Shown here piece by piece: positions 26,500 to 39,800 of a stretch of DNA of 64,000 nt. The DNA lies in assembly GCA_050084515.1 (NCBI GenBank), contig CM114271.1, positions 46,996,001-47,060,000 on the forward strand. The letters run 5' to 3'. The translations under genes were made by a program, and so were the position numbers. The notes below the pieces were generated by a model, which did not search any database, was not told where the DNA came from, and saw only the letters and a program-made list of their open reading frames with translations. How positions within the stretch are numbered: position 1 is the stretch's first letter; each line of letters opens with the position of its first letter. Origin of the DNA: Blasia pusilla. Lineage: Eukaryota.

Positions 26500-27330
26500 A
26501 TTGTGCGACATGCCCATGAGGAGTTGGGACATTTTGGGGTAAAGCGACGTATAGCTTACTCCTTGGCCAATATTGGTGGCGTGGCATGCATACTCAGTGC
26601 GGCTAGATTGGTGTCACGTTGTATGGTTTGTGACCGGTGAGGGCATCATTTAATGCCCCTACACCACAATTACACCCCTTGCCTATTATGGGGTTGGGTT
26701 ACCGTTGGAGTGTGGACTATGCGGGACCGTTATCGTTGGATCACGACATCATCGATATGTGTTGGTGATGGTGGAGCACTTCTCCAAGTGGATTGAGTTG
26801 GTGGCATTACCGGACAAGGCGAGTGAGGAACGGCGTATGCGTTTTGGATAGAGTGCTTAGTCATTTTGGTGCACCACGGTGAAGTGTTGACCGACCAGGT
26901 ACAAAGTTTGTGGTGAGTTTCAGGTCTTGTGTGACAAGGCGTTGATTGATCATCGGACCACGCGTCTTGAGATCATCCCAGGCGGATGGTTTGGCTGGCG
27001 TGTGGTTCAAACGGTGAAGAGGGCATTGCGCAAGTATGGCCTCTGAAGGGCATCTTGGAGACTGGGATATTCGTTGCCATGGTTAGCCATGGGGTATAGG
27101 TTCGATCGCCAAGCATCCTTGGCTTCCTTCTCACCTTATTTTTCGTTTATACGGCCGAGATCGGACTTGCCAAGATCAATTGCGTCGGGAGTCTAGTGAG
27201 GTGGTGAACCTTGATGACCAGAGATGTGGATGAGGGTGTGTTCTCGCGAGTGGAGCTCTTCGGAGAGTTATGCCAGCGACCTTTGAGAATCTTGCCATTG
27301 CTCAACACGGGGATACGTTGCGGTATGCAG
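26500..27330 (+). pseudogene. DDE integrase, frameshifted
   Basis: HEELGHFG...CMVC zinc finger, WSVDYAGP, VEHFSKWIE, VLTD, HP.ADGL, SFSPYF..YGR. Confidence 0.88.
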
Positions 27331-27739
27331 GTTATCGACCATCGATTCGTAGGTTCCATGTGGGGACCATTTGGGTGGAGGTTATCGACCATCGTGTTAG
27401 CTTCGAGGTTCCATGTTGGGGGACTATGTCTGTTTGGAAGGACCATGTGCGTAATTGTGCGCCATGTCATCTTCCAAATGGATGGATGTATTGACCCAAG
27501 CTTAGCCATTTTAGCTTGAGGTGCATGGTGTTAACGCAGGAGTTCTCTATGTCTATTTGGAGACAACGTTTGACGGAGGCACTATTTTGTTCGTGAGGTG
27601 TTAGTTTGGAGTTCTCATGTTGGAGGGTCGTGATGGAGTTGTTTGGAAGGACCATGTGCGTAATTGTGCGCCATGTCATCTTCCAAATGTGGATGGTATC
27701 TTGTTGACCCAAGCTTAGCCATGATACGTGCTAGCTTGA

Positions 27740-27882
27740 GGTGCATGTTTGTGGGTCTCTGTGTAACGCACCCGTATGTTGTGTGTGATCGGTGTTCTAG
27801 GGGTTGGCACATGATGTGTTTGACTCCACGTTTGGATGTTGTTCCATCTACTTGGAAGGTGGGTTTGTCCTCGATGTACTTA
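27740..27882 (+). pseudogene. PHD finger at the C-terminus of pol
   Basis: RCM...VCDRCSRGWHMMCLTPRLDVVP...CPRC, matching the intact C4HC3 finger at 51240-51374. Confidence 0.8.
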
Positions 27883-28044
27883 GGAGAGGTAGATGACTTG
27901 ATCTTTGCATGATATGGATTACGGATGTGCGACTAACGATGGGGCAACCTAGCACCCGGCCTTCGATTCGGGCATCCAAGAAGGTGTATAGCATGTAGTA
28001 GATGTATAGGGCTACCCGGGAGTTAGAGGGACCTAACCGCCGAT

Positions 28045-28053
28045 TAGGGGGCG
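28045..28053 (+). other. PPT-like G tract immediately before B1
   Basis: TAGGGGGCG. The same TAGGGGGGCG motif precedes B at 11110-11119 and at 51051-51060 (minus strand). Confidence 0.65.
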
Positions 28054-28158
28054 AGTTGTGGTACACTTGCATTTGTGGATACTCGTCTATGTTATGTATG
28101 TATGTGCGTATGGTATGTCGGCGATGTATGTTGTATGGCGATGTGGATTCATACGACA
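28054..28158 (+). repeat. Repeat B1 (105 bp)
   Basis: Direct repeat of 28529-28635 (about 6 transitions and one 2-bp indel). Ends GACA and is followed by ATT and then A2. Confidence 0.92.
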
Positions 28159-28161
28159 ATT

Positions 28162-28529
28162 TATCATGACCATACGGATTATGTCGTAGAGTATGGTGTG
28201 CTGGTAGAGGCCATTCCTTATGTAGGACCGTAGTGGCTTGGTAGAGATGTGGTTCCATACATAGGGTTGGGGGTTACTCACTTGGGGGTGACTTTCCTAG
28301 TAGGGCCCGCTCTTAGGTTGGAGGATATAAGGTGGCTTGCCCTCAAAGAATAGTCAGTTCTTTGAGTTGAGCCTGTTGCGTTGGGAGTTAGCCTTGGTAG
28401 TGAGTAGAGCTCTTGGCTATGGTGTTTCCCGCAAGCTTCGACCTGGATTCTCCCATCGTGGAGTGGGTTTGGCTCGATTGTATGTGATTGTAAACGTGTT
28501 TTATGACAGTAGGTCTTTCACGGATTTCA
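28162..28529 (+). repeat. Repeat A2 (368 bp)
   Basis: Copy of 19005-19372. Begins TATCAT instead of TGTCAT. Confidence 0.95.
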
Positions 28530-28635
28530 GTTGTGGTACACTTGCGTTTGTGGATACTCTCGTCTATGTTATGTATGTATGTGCGTATGGTATGTCAGCG
28601 ATGTATGTTGTATGACAATGTGGATTCGCACGACA
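28529..28635 (+). repeat. Repeat B2 (107 bp)
   Basis: Joined directly to A2 (GGATTTCA|GTTGTGG). Ends CGCACGACA, followed by the TSD. Confidence 0.92.
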
Positions 28636-29541
28636 TAGAGCTACTTGAAAGCTTACCCTTCTCGACTACAATAGTAGAGCCTTGAATAATACATAAGTGC
28701 ACAATAGAGCTCTAAGATCCCTAACACAACCTACTATATAGTTGTTATCGACTAAAGAAATAAATCTCAACAGCTTAAGCCTTTATGGCTTCTGTAAAAC
28801 AAAATGCATGTGTGTAAAAGCAAACCTCTTTTAAGTAACGGCTTGGAGTGCGCGCAATGAATGGAGTCTTTCAATTGGATGGAAGCAATAAATATTTTGT
28901 TATGTAAGCTTGAAACCCTAAGTGTGGCATATGATAACTCTTCGAGAAATGGGAGGATGTCTACATCGACGGATGTCCCTTGTCAAATCGTAATTTTCAG
29001 CAATACAAAATTGAAACCAAAAAAAAAAATCCATTAAAACATTTTGCGGCAGATCTACAGAGCATCCATGAAAACCGAAAACCATAAGATGATCACGTGG
29101 GAAACATGCGCCCCACGCGGCTCAAAAGGGAGTCATATGTGAGGAATGCTCGAAAAGAAATAGAGCATACTTTCATTTGTGCAAAATGCCACGTGTCAAT
29201 AACGCGAGAGTTTGCACTGCAAGAGAGCATTTGTGCGTAATATCATTTCTTTTTTAGATAATGGAATGTAGCACTTATATCCCTGTAGTTTCATCAACAT
29301 GGCCAATGAAGATACATCTCTCAGATTTAAGATATAATTAATTTCTCTCATCTCTCAAAAGAAACAGGTGCATAACAAATACAACCAAAAGATTTTAGGA
29401 ATAAAATATCTTCCATACTGCATATGAAGAGGTCAAATTAATTCTTATCATGAACTTGTGAAGTTAGAGTTTGATTTATTAAGACTATTACACACACTAC
29501 AACGTCTTTCCAATAAACATTAGGTATGTTCTTCTCATTTA

Positions 29542-30394
<853 letters not shown>

Positions 30395-30559
30395 TTTAAC
30401 ATAACACGTTCCGCCTTAACAATATATCGATATTTCTACTTAACCACTCCATTTTATTGTGGATTGTAATGGCAAGTGAATTTTCATTCGATGAAATTAT
30501 GCCTTAAGTATTCATTAAAGTATGTTGATAGATACTTTCCTCCTCCATCGTAATATTCT

Positions 30560-32290
30560 ACATCCCTAGTCTGCTTAATTCTCCACCAAAATTCTAAATG
30601 TTTGAAACACTAGTAATACTTATGACTTGGTTTTTAGAAAGTATACCCAAATATATCCATAGAAGTCATCACTAAAATAAACAAATTATTGGAAACCAAG
30701 GCTATGTTATGATATTATCCATGCATTATTATGAATTAAGTCTAATATTTTAGATGCTCTTATACCTTGCTTTGGAAATGGAAATCTAACTTTTTTTCCA
30801 AATTGACAAGTAATGGATATCTCTAACATAGTAGGATAGGATGAGTTAGGGAGTTTTATTACTAGATAAGGTGATTAAAGGTTTTGAGGTCTTTGAAGAA
30901 TCAAATGCCTACTTTTCTTATGCAACATATTGATATTTTTTACTTGGTGGCCAATTTGACCGTACAGTGTTGTTTGAATACCTAGAAACATCTAATTTGC
31001 ACACTTTTAAAATCTTGTTCCTTTGGTCATTATAGGGTGGTCATTTATTATCTGAATACAACAACCATGTGTATCAAACTTCACATGATAATCCTGTCCT
31101 AGTATCTTTCATGGAGAAATTATATTTCTTGAAATCGTAGGCAGTACTAGGGATGTACACAATATTTCCAAAAGCACAAAGACCATGTCATGGTAATGGA
31201 ACTTAATCGACATATACGATATGATATTGCGTATCATTTGTCATGAGCACTATTACTGGATCTTTCACATGCTACATTCTATTGAACCATATAGCTTGTG
31301 AGATCATGTGGTTTGATGCACCATAGTTTATGTATTAAATCACGCATAAGATTTCTTAACCATTGCTCTCATATAATCTGCCATAGCTAAGAGATGCTTA
31401 ATGCTTGAGTATTGTTATTCTTCATACTACATTTTATGTGGGTGCTTCACATAGTTTTATTGTTGTAAAACTCTCGTTCTTTTATTAATATTCTTTTTCT
31501 CGAAGAAAAACTTTGTATAATGATCCTTCATCGCACATTAATTATAAAACCCAAGGATCCTCTATTTTGTACCTCAATCCCAACGGTTGCCACAATCACT
31601 ATCTTTTGATTGTGTTTGTACTAGTTCAAAGTTGATTGAGTGAGGCTATGATAAGTGTCTCTTTCTCCATATGATTGATATCCACCACGACCATGGAAAC
31701 TTCTACCATGACCTTCCCTTTTGTTTGATGTGCTCCTTGCAAATAAAGCCGTTTCTTGCATTCTTAGCGAGCTATTGTTGGGGACTAGATGTATCTAATC
31801 TCCAAAATTAGATGAACAAAGTTAGATCGCTATCTTCTACCATTATTCCAATGTTATTCAATTGATCAACAATATATCTCATATTCAAAATATAATCATT
31901 TATGTTTTGCAATATTTTCATGACTTTTGTTTAATTATGGTTTCAATTAAAGCTTTATGGCCTTTGTAGATATCTCGAATAGCTTCTCCAATACATCCCA
32001 AGTTTCTTTATGGGTACCCAAGTCTCTTTATGGGTATCGATATCTTTCTTAATATGACCAATCATTGGTGAATTGATCATTATTAAGATGTAGTCGATTA
32101 CTTACCTTATGCATTTGATCTAAGTATGCAAATTCAAGTTTATTGAGTTACCTTTTGGCTTAACCTTGTCACTTAGAATAAGCTCCCATAGTTCTTGATT
32201 GAAAATAAAATTATTTCATGCAAAACTTCCAAAGATTGTAATTTTTCGTACTATTCTTCTTGCCTATGATTATTGTCTAGGAATATTTTA
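30560..32290 (-). mobile_element. Very decayed, internally deleted Copia gag-pol
   Basis: Minus strand KNYNLWKFCMK...QELWELI (Copia Gag N-terminus, ~32180-32250) and TWDVLEKLF. Downstream fragments are only weakly recognisable. Confidence 0.45.
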
Positions 32291-35200
32291 TCAAGGACGA
32301 TTTTTTTTGTACAAATTATAATTTCAAGCCCTACACTCCTCCAGTTGAAATATGGATCACTCATGTATAAAAATTGACCTTAAATTTGCTATAATTGACA
32401 AATTATATAAAAGAATTGATTGAAATCGACATATAGAGAGCAAATTGCATAACTTTTTCATTGAGTTCACTTTCATACACTAAAGTTTTTCGAATCCGTG
32501 ATTTCAAAATCAAAAATTTTTGGATGCGATGGAAAGGTCTCAACAAGCTCTACAAAACATATAGAATAAGACTAAGGAATAATTCTATCCCCTAACCACC
32601 CAAATTGTTAAATTAATTAAGAAAGCCTAAATAACACTTCTACCAATGAGCTTTGATTGAAATATCCTTGCTGTAAATTGAAATTGTGTCTTCTCTTGCC
32701 ACTATCATCTTCTCCTACGAACACAAAGGATTTTAATCCATATTCTTCTAATGCTGATATCATGGAAAAAATGAATAAACAAGCATGAAAAATGGATACA
32801 ACTTTCATATATACATACATATATGAAAAAAAAGTTTGCAAAGAGAATAAGTGGGGTTGGTCCTTTTCTCAATTATGTAGAGTATTTTGAAGTAATCTAC
32901 TAAACCAGCGTGATGGATGGAATAAAACTTTCACATACATATACTACCATTAAAAACAATATTTTACAACGAGAGAATGAAAGGGATTGATCTCCTTCTC
33001 AATTATAAAGAGTATGTGTAAGCAATCTTAACCCTAATCCTAAACATAGTCTATAATTACACTAACCATAATTAACTAACTAACCCAGATTAAGTTTTTA
33101 TACTTCATATGAGTATGAAATGCAATAATTTATGTGTTTGATGAGCTTGACTATAACTAAATTTTCAAAAAAAAATTTATCTAAATTTAGATTTAATCAA
33201 ATCTCCATCATAGAGCATTGATAAAATTTGAATGTGGAAAAATGAGCACAAAGACAAAACTTTTTTGTCTTATATGTTATTATCATAAATATAATTGATC
33301 ATAATAATAACTCTGGTGGTAAGGCACTGTGGTATGTCAAGCTTTCCCTTCATATTCAAGTTTCATATAAAATCTCTTAAATACCTAGAGAAATCATAAT
33401 TAAAGAAAATAGAAAAGTCTTATGGAAATTCATGTCAAAGCTTAACAAAATACTATAAAAAATGCAAGAAAAATATGCATGGTTGTAAAACTTAGATGAA
33501 CTTTAAAAGTTTTCAAATTTACTGTAGACCATCAAGAAACCATCGACTTTTGAAAGGAAAAAGGCTCTTACTCATTGTTGGAAGAAAATTAGAGAATCAT
33601 TCAAAAAATATTTTCCCTCAAATAATTCCTCTGAGATAAGTAAGTTGTTTCCTAAAGAGATCATGATACTCCAAATCAAAATATAAAGCGTTTCAGAATA
33701 ATATTCTATCACAACACTAAGGATTAATGGGTGTTATTTAAGGTTCTTCAATTGCTGAAGCTTCAGATTGAATTGCAACGAACTCTTTCTTCACAATAAA
33801 AAGTGTATAGACTCATTAGAAACACCAAACTAGCTCTATTTCACATCAATGCCATGCATGCAACACATACATTTGTATTGATATTTTGAATCTCAGTTTC
33901 TACTAAATATCCATCCCAAGGTATACCCACATAAGGGATAACAAAAAATGATCGATCCTCTATTTGTCTCTACTTTAAGTACTTGCACTACCAAAAATTC
34001 TACAATCATGCTTCTTCATTAATCCTAACTTCTTACCTTAGACAAAGTTTCCAAAAGTTTTTGTGCTAACCATTATAGAGAAGGATTAATGAGCTATTCC
34101 TTCAACTTCCTATTCTCTTCCATTATCTTATCCATGTCATGAGATATGATCTTCTTTCCTAATTCACTAATTCTATTGACAAAATGTGCCAATTGAAAAC
34201 AAAATTCTCTACTCTCTTAAGTACTAGTCTCAAGGTTTCAATTCTTTGCAACATATATCGGTTCCTCTCTAACACAAACCTATGCTCTATTACAACTCTA
34301 TTATCCAAATATATCAGCACTCCTCCCCATTTATCCTCTAACTCTAGAATAATCTCCTTCAACCTCTTCGAGATGGGTTCTTCCACAATATCCCTTCATA
34401 AAGAGTTTAAGATTGCCACAAAGACTTCATCTCCTTCATCCAATTTGACCATCTTGAGTTCTTTAGTAGCTTGCATGATCTTTTTCCTTTATGCTTTTTG
34501 GTATATCTTTTCATCCAAGGAGTTAATTCTTGCTCATTCTCAACATGTACTACTGCATCCTCAGTGAGTCCAGAAACTTTATCGACATGAATGACCTTAA
34601 TATCTTCTTCCAATTATCCTTGAATTTCTTCTATCTTCCCTAAGTATTTTTTGTCCATAAATGTACTTGATGTAGATCCACATGCATTAGAGTAATTATT
34701 TTTTCCAACAAATGGATTATTTGTTGTTACATTGCTTCATTCTGCCCCCAATTGAGCAAATACTCCTCCCATGCTTGATAATGAAAGTGTCCTCGTGATT
34801 CCATTTTGAACTTGGTTGTTAAATCTTATTTTAACACATTCAGAAGTTATCATAGCCTAATGTTCTCTATATTAATAAAATCCTCTTCCTTGAATCATGA
34901 GATTGGAATTTGCATTATGATTTTTCCCGTCACTTCCTTGTAATTGGAGCTAATGAATTTTCTTCTTATGATTATGATCTTATCCACTTCTTCATAACCT
35001 CATGGTTCTTCGCAAAAATCTGAAAAGTTCTTCTTTAAAGTGGTAAAAAAAACTACATTGACTTCATTACTTCTTCCTTAAACTTAAATAAGAATATTAC
35101 ACGAATCAAGAGTAACATCAAGGAAAGAGAGATATTGAAGGTAGAGAGCGCATATGTATGAGCGATAGAAAGCACATGGTTTGAGAGTCAAGCACATCCT

Positions 35201-36279
35201 TTGAGAGTTGGGTGGAGAGCACATTCTATAGGGATGGACAGCAAAATCAAGGAGAGCACATTTTGTGTGGATCAAGAGCTCATGCCTTGGGATTAGGATG
35301 TAGAATTCATGTTGTAGAGACTTAGAGCAACATCAAGGAAAGAGCGAGATTGAAGGTGGAGAGCTAGGGCACATGTGGTTGGAAGAGAGAATCCAAGTGA
35401 AAGAAAAGAGTGTAAAGAGAGCATGTGCGGACAAGAAAAGAATGCATATCCGCCATCTCCATCTACATTGTGTAGGATGTAAGCTTGAAGCAATTCTCGA
35501 ATTTGAGAATAAGGTAGGAAGATTTGAGGAAGGCGGCAAGAAAATTTGGCATGAATTCAAGTGCGATTTCTTCAAATCGTAGGAAAATTTCAATTTTAGG
35601 CGTATGGTTCATATTTTTGTTAAAAAATCTGAAGAAATGAAGCACAATGAACTTGAGATTGGTTCTTTATTTGGAGGAGTCTCTAAAAATGGGCCCATCT
35701 TCATTAACTTTCTTACTCAAAGTGTGGTGAGGTCTACCTTTGTCATAAATTTGAATAGTCCATTTAGAGAGTCTAGTCCAGATCTTTCTTTTATAAGGGT
35801 ACTATAGATATATTTAGGGATTTTAGTCCCTCTATTTTGGTACTTCTATAGCCAAAATATTCTTGAAGGGTTTAATTGGTGAAGTGACATTTGAGCTTGG
35901 GTAAAAAAAAATCCATGAAAAGGGATAGCATATTTACAATAGAAAAAGAGAAAAAAAGTTGCTCGATGATATAGACCATAAGATCTTTAAGGGAAGAAGA
36001 AGCTACTTCGTTCAAGGGAAAAAGTAACAACTTCTACAGATGTGCATGGTTAACAAAGTATAAAATTGCAAAAAATCCCATGAAATGTTGGTAAGCTTTC
36101 TATCTAGACTTATGTGATGTTTGTCATAAAAATCATAGTCAAATTTGTAATAAGGTTATGATTTATTTATTACTACAAAAATATAGGATCCCTCTTTCTT
36201 TCTTTATCTCTCTAACCACTACTTATAGAGTGAAGTCACTCTTCATATATATCTAAACTCACTTTCACTCACCTACTCA

Positions 36280-36282
<3 letters not shown>

Positions 36283-36376
<94 letters not shown>
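36283..36376. repeat. (AG)47 microsatellite
   Basis: Read directly from the sequence. Confidence 0.97.
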
Positions 36377-36378
<2 letters not shown>

Positions 36379-39208
36379 CAAAAAACTCTTATCTTCTTTT
36401 TTTTGGTAGGTTTTTTAGCCTACGATCAAAGTTGAAGTGAAGAATTTTTGTATAAGTTGGCCAATCGGAAATTTTGATAAAATTATTGCATTGTCCAAAT
36501 TTGCAAGGATATATCCAAATTTTCCATCTTCTTGCAAAGTTTTAGTATCCATGGAGTGCCGCAAGGAGTGCGCAAAAAAACGGAAGTTCCATGAAGAATA
36601 CTCCCATTTTTATGTACGATTTGGTGATATGGTTGTCATACTTGAGGAGTTGTATTCCACACTAGCGTTGTTGATGGTTGGGGGAATCTGACAATTGACG
36701 CTTCATGCTTCTCACAATGCACATGGGGAAATTAATGGTAAGGAGGAAGGTTAAAAATCCATGAGAGTTTTAGATCTGATAAAATATGCCTTTGCTATTG
36801 GTGGCCAAGCAGGGCATGTTTGTATAGAATACGAGATATTTTTGGAAGGTGTTCGTCTTGGCAGTTTGATTTTCCTTCATTCTAGTGATAGATGTGTTTC
36901 ATGTAGAGTTTGCATTTGTTGCTTAGGGATGTGTGATAGTGGTAGATGGAGTCAAGATCCAACACCATATCAATATTGGTGGTGAATATGGTGTATAGTT
37001 GTATTGCAAGGGATATCATGAATTTAATATGCGCATGCCTAAAATTTTGTTTTTTGGGATATTTTTAATATAAGGCTACAAGTGATAGAAGGCTTATCAT
37101 AAGAAATTGAATTATGCTCGTTTAGGCTTTTATTTTGCATTCGACCAATAAACTCATAAATACATGGTAAAAAAATGAAAGGTTTGAAGGAAAAACTAAA
37201 TTAGAAATAATTATCTATAAAGTTATACTATATAAGATGGAGATATCACTACGTCTACTTGCTCATACCATTATCTACAAGTATATGGTTGAGTTTGAAA
37301 TGACTTTAGGTCTTCCCTTATGTGGTGTGTGATAAAGAGAGCTTGCAATTTCTTGAGTGGGTGAGTTTCTTAAACGATCCTCTAGGACTGAAACCTCGTG
37401 ATCCATGCATGTGGTGTTAATCCTAGAGGTGGTTGTATTGGAATTGTATGGAGTCTACCTCATCCATACTCTTTTTGTCCGACTTAGGTAAGCATTTTAC
37501 CTTTTTCCTATTCCTACCTTCTATTTCTGCCATGTTCATCAACTAGTTAGTATATCAATACATACAAGGGGACTTTTTTACGCGTGATCCTATATCTCCA
37601 CACTCACAATATGTTGGATTGGAAATAAAACTCTCCTTAGTAATATATCGTGCGTAGAACCATTGAAAAGGACCATTGAAAATATTTGAAGCCTTTTTTG
37701 AGAGATAATGAACTTGATTCTAAAGTCCATGGCATCTCCCTTGCCTTCATCATCGCTACCATCTCTAGCAAAGGAGTTTCAAGGTAGTGTGAGCATGCGT
37801 TCTTTTTGTGTGAGATTGCGAGTCACATAAAAGGAGATGCGATCTCATGTTTTAACAATGAGATGATCAAGAGAGCAACGAGCCATTTTATTTTTGTTGA
37901 AGGTGGAGCAGTGCATCTATGTTGATCATCCATCTTTAGAGGGATGAAAGTTTCCAATGACGAATGTTCCTTGTAGTTGAAAGGCCTCACAAGAGGTAGA
38001 CACTGTGCGATCTAATTTACACCTAGGGACAGAAGAGTGATAACCAACACATATTACATAACATTTGTATTCGTTTAAAAAAGAAGTTATTATCTACTCT
38101 TATTTTATCTTACATTCCTGTTTTTCTCTTTCACTCTCAATCTCATGAACCTTTCTTGAATCTGTTTTACATCCTGAGCATGAACTGATCCAGTTCGTAT
38201 AAAAATATGTTACATAGGAGTGGAACTTGAGAAAAAGATTCCATTTGTTAGCTTTCTTTGATATGGAATCTAAGTGCATGTGCAATTCTTCTAGACTATC
38301 AAAGTTGAGTTCTTGGGAGTACTCGTTGAATGTGGATTGCTCTTATGTATCTGTTATATATTCGCTTGGTTTCAATTCCCCCACTCTTGGCATGCTCTCT
38401 ATTGACAATAAGTTCCTTGTCGATATTGTCCAAAAAGTTACTTGTCACATATTCATCCTTGCAAATTTGGTGCATGTAGATCCATCGCTTCTTTGCATAT
38501 CATTAATTGCATATGACAAACCTGCAATCAATTTGGCCAATGAAAGTAGCAAGAAAAAAGAGAGCCTTGGACTTCTTTCAAACACCACACAAGATCATTC
38601 TGATGGGGAAGTAGATCCTATGGATTTCGCACAACCTTTGATGCATCATCTATATTGAAAAGAATGAGAGTTGGAATGAGAAGCAATGTGCACAAACACT
38701 AGCATTTAAAGTGCTTGAAAAGGGCTGAAATTTTAGAGTCTCTCTTAATATGCACAAGAACTTTAAATTTGGAGTCTCCGTAGTTGCAAAATGAACTTAT
38801 AATCAATTTGCAAAGTCATATTTTTTGTGAGTACTCCCGCCAAGGGCACTAGCGAAATCATAGTTGTGAAACAATTGCAAAGTTGTAGTTTTTTCCGATT
38901 TGGGACTCACAAAGTTTGTTTCCTCTGCCTTTATCCTCACTAGTGGAACCAAAACACAATCCAAACTGCACTATATATACAAAATCATGCATCCAAACAT
39001 AGTGTGACCTTACGTTTGTTTATTAAGATGTGGTAGACTCAAAAAAAGATTGATTGCTCTATGATGTTGTCTTGGCTAGGATTGAATTTTTCCTCCTTCC
39101 AAAAGAGATTTAGAATTCATAGTGCAAAATATGAAATTCACTTTGCTACCAAGCTTCGTGATAACTCTAGGCTCCTAAGGTTGATTGTTGTGGAAATAGA
39201 AGACTAAA

Positions 39209-39800
39209 TGTGGTGTCGACTTACGAGCAACAAGGAGGCTCGAAGTTTGTTTGGCACTAAAATATGAGGTTGTAAAAAAATTCAATGTGTAATTTAAGTA
39301 CATATACAATTATTTTTTCTAAGAAGAACACTTCATTTTTCTTAAAGGATTATAGTCCCATACGTATATTATTATCGAAGAGCGCCTTCTTGATTTGCAA
39401 ACACCTCATTGCTTGACATGTGGCAACCGGACATTGAGAAAATGTTAAATTAAAGGTTAATATAAAGGCATGTCGTACGATGTACACTAAACAGAATAGT
39501 AAGTGTGGTGTCGACTTACTAGCAACGAGGAGGCTCGAAGTTTGTTTGGCACTACAATATGAGATTGTAAAAAAATAATGTGTAATTTAAATACATATAA
39601 AATTATTTTTTCTAAGAAGAACACTTCATTTTTCTTAAAGAATTTTAGTCCCATATGTATATTATTATTGGATAGCGCTTTGTTGATTTGCAAACACCTC
39701 ATTACTTGATATGTGACAACCAGACGTTAAGAAAATATTTTCCTTTCTATGGGCAGTAAGAAAATTTTATTTACATCGTAATTAATCCCTTCACTTTCAT
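39209..39800. repeat. Tandem duplication (~295-bp period) of a dispersed repeat also found inverted at ~16365-16470
   Basis: TGTGGTGTCGACTTAC...TGATTTGCAAACACCTCATT starts at ~39209 and again at ~39505. GTTGCCACATGTCAA...GAGGTGTTTGCAAATCAAGAAGGC at ~16427-16470 is the reverse complement. Confidence 0.85.

Larger units (their letters stand above)
19005..28635 (+). mobile_element. Full-length Gypsy-like retrotransposon with split direct repeats (A1-gag-PR-DNMT-RT-RH-INT-PHD-B1-A2-B2)
   Basis: TGTC...GACA termini with perfect TAGA TSD (19001-19004, 28636-28639). Repeats and coding motifs are listed separately. Confidence 0.93.

Noticed and set aside
28162-28635. Independent solo-LTR insertion next to the element
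   Set aside because: It has no TSD of its own (AATT vs TAGA), while TAGA flanks the whole 19005-28635 unit.
33500-38700. Coding-like fragments (ORFs 34159, 34407, 36437, 38227)
   Set aside because: No motif I could assign. Likely decayed transposon sequence.
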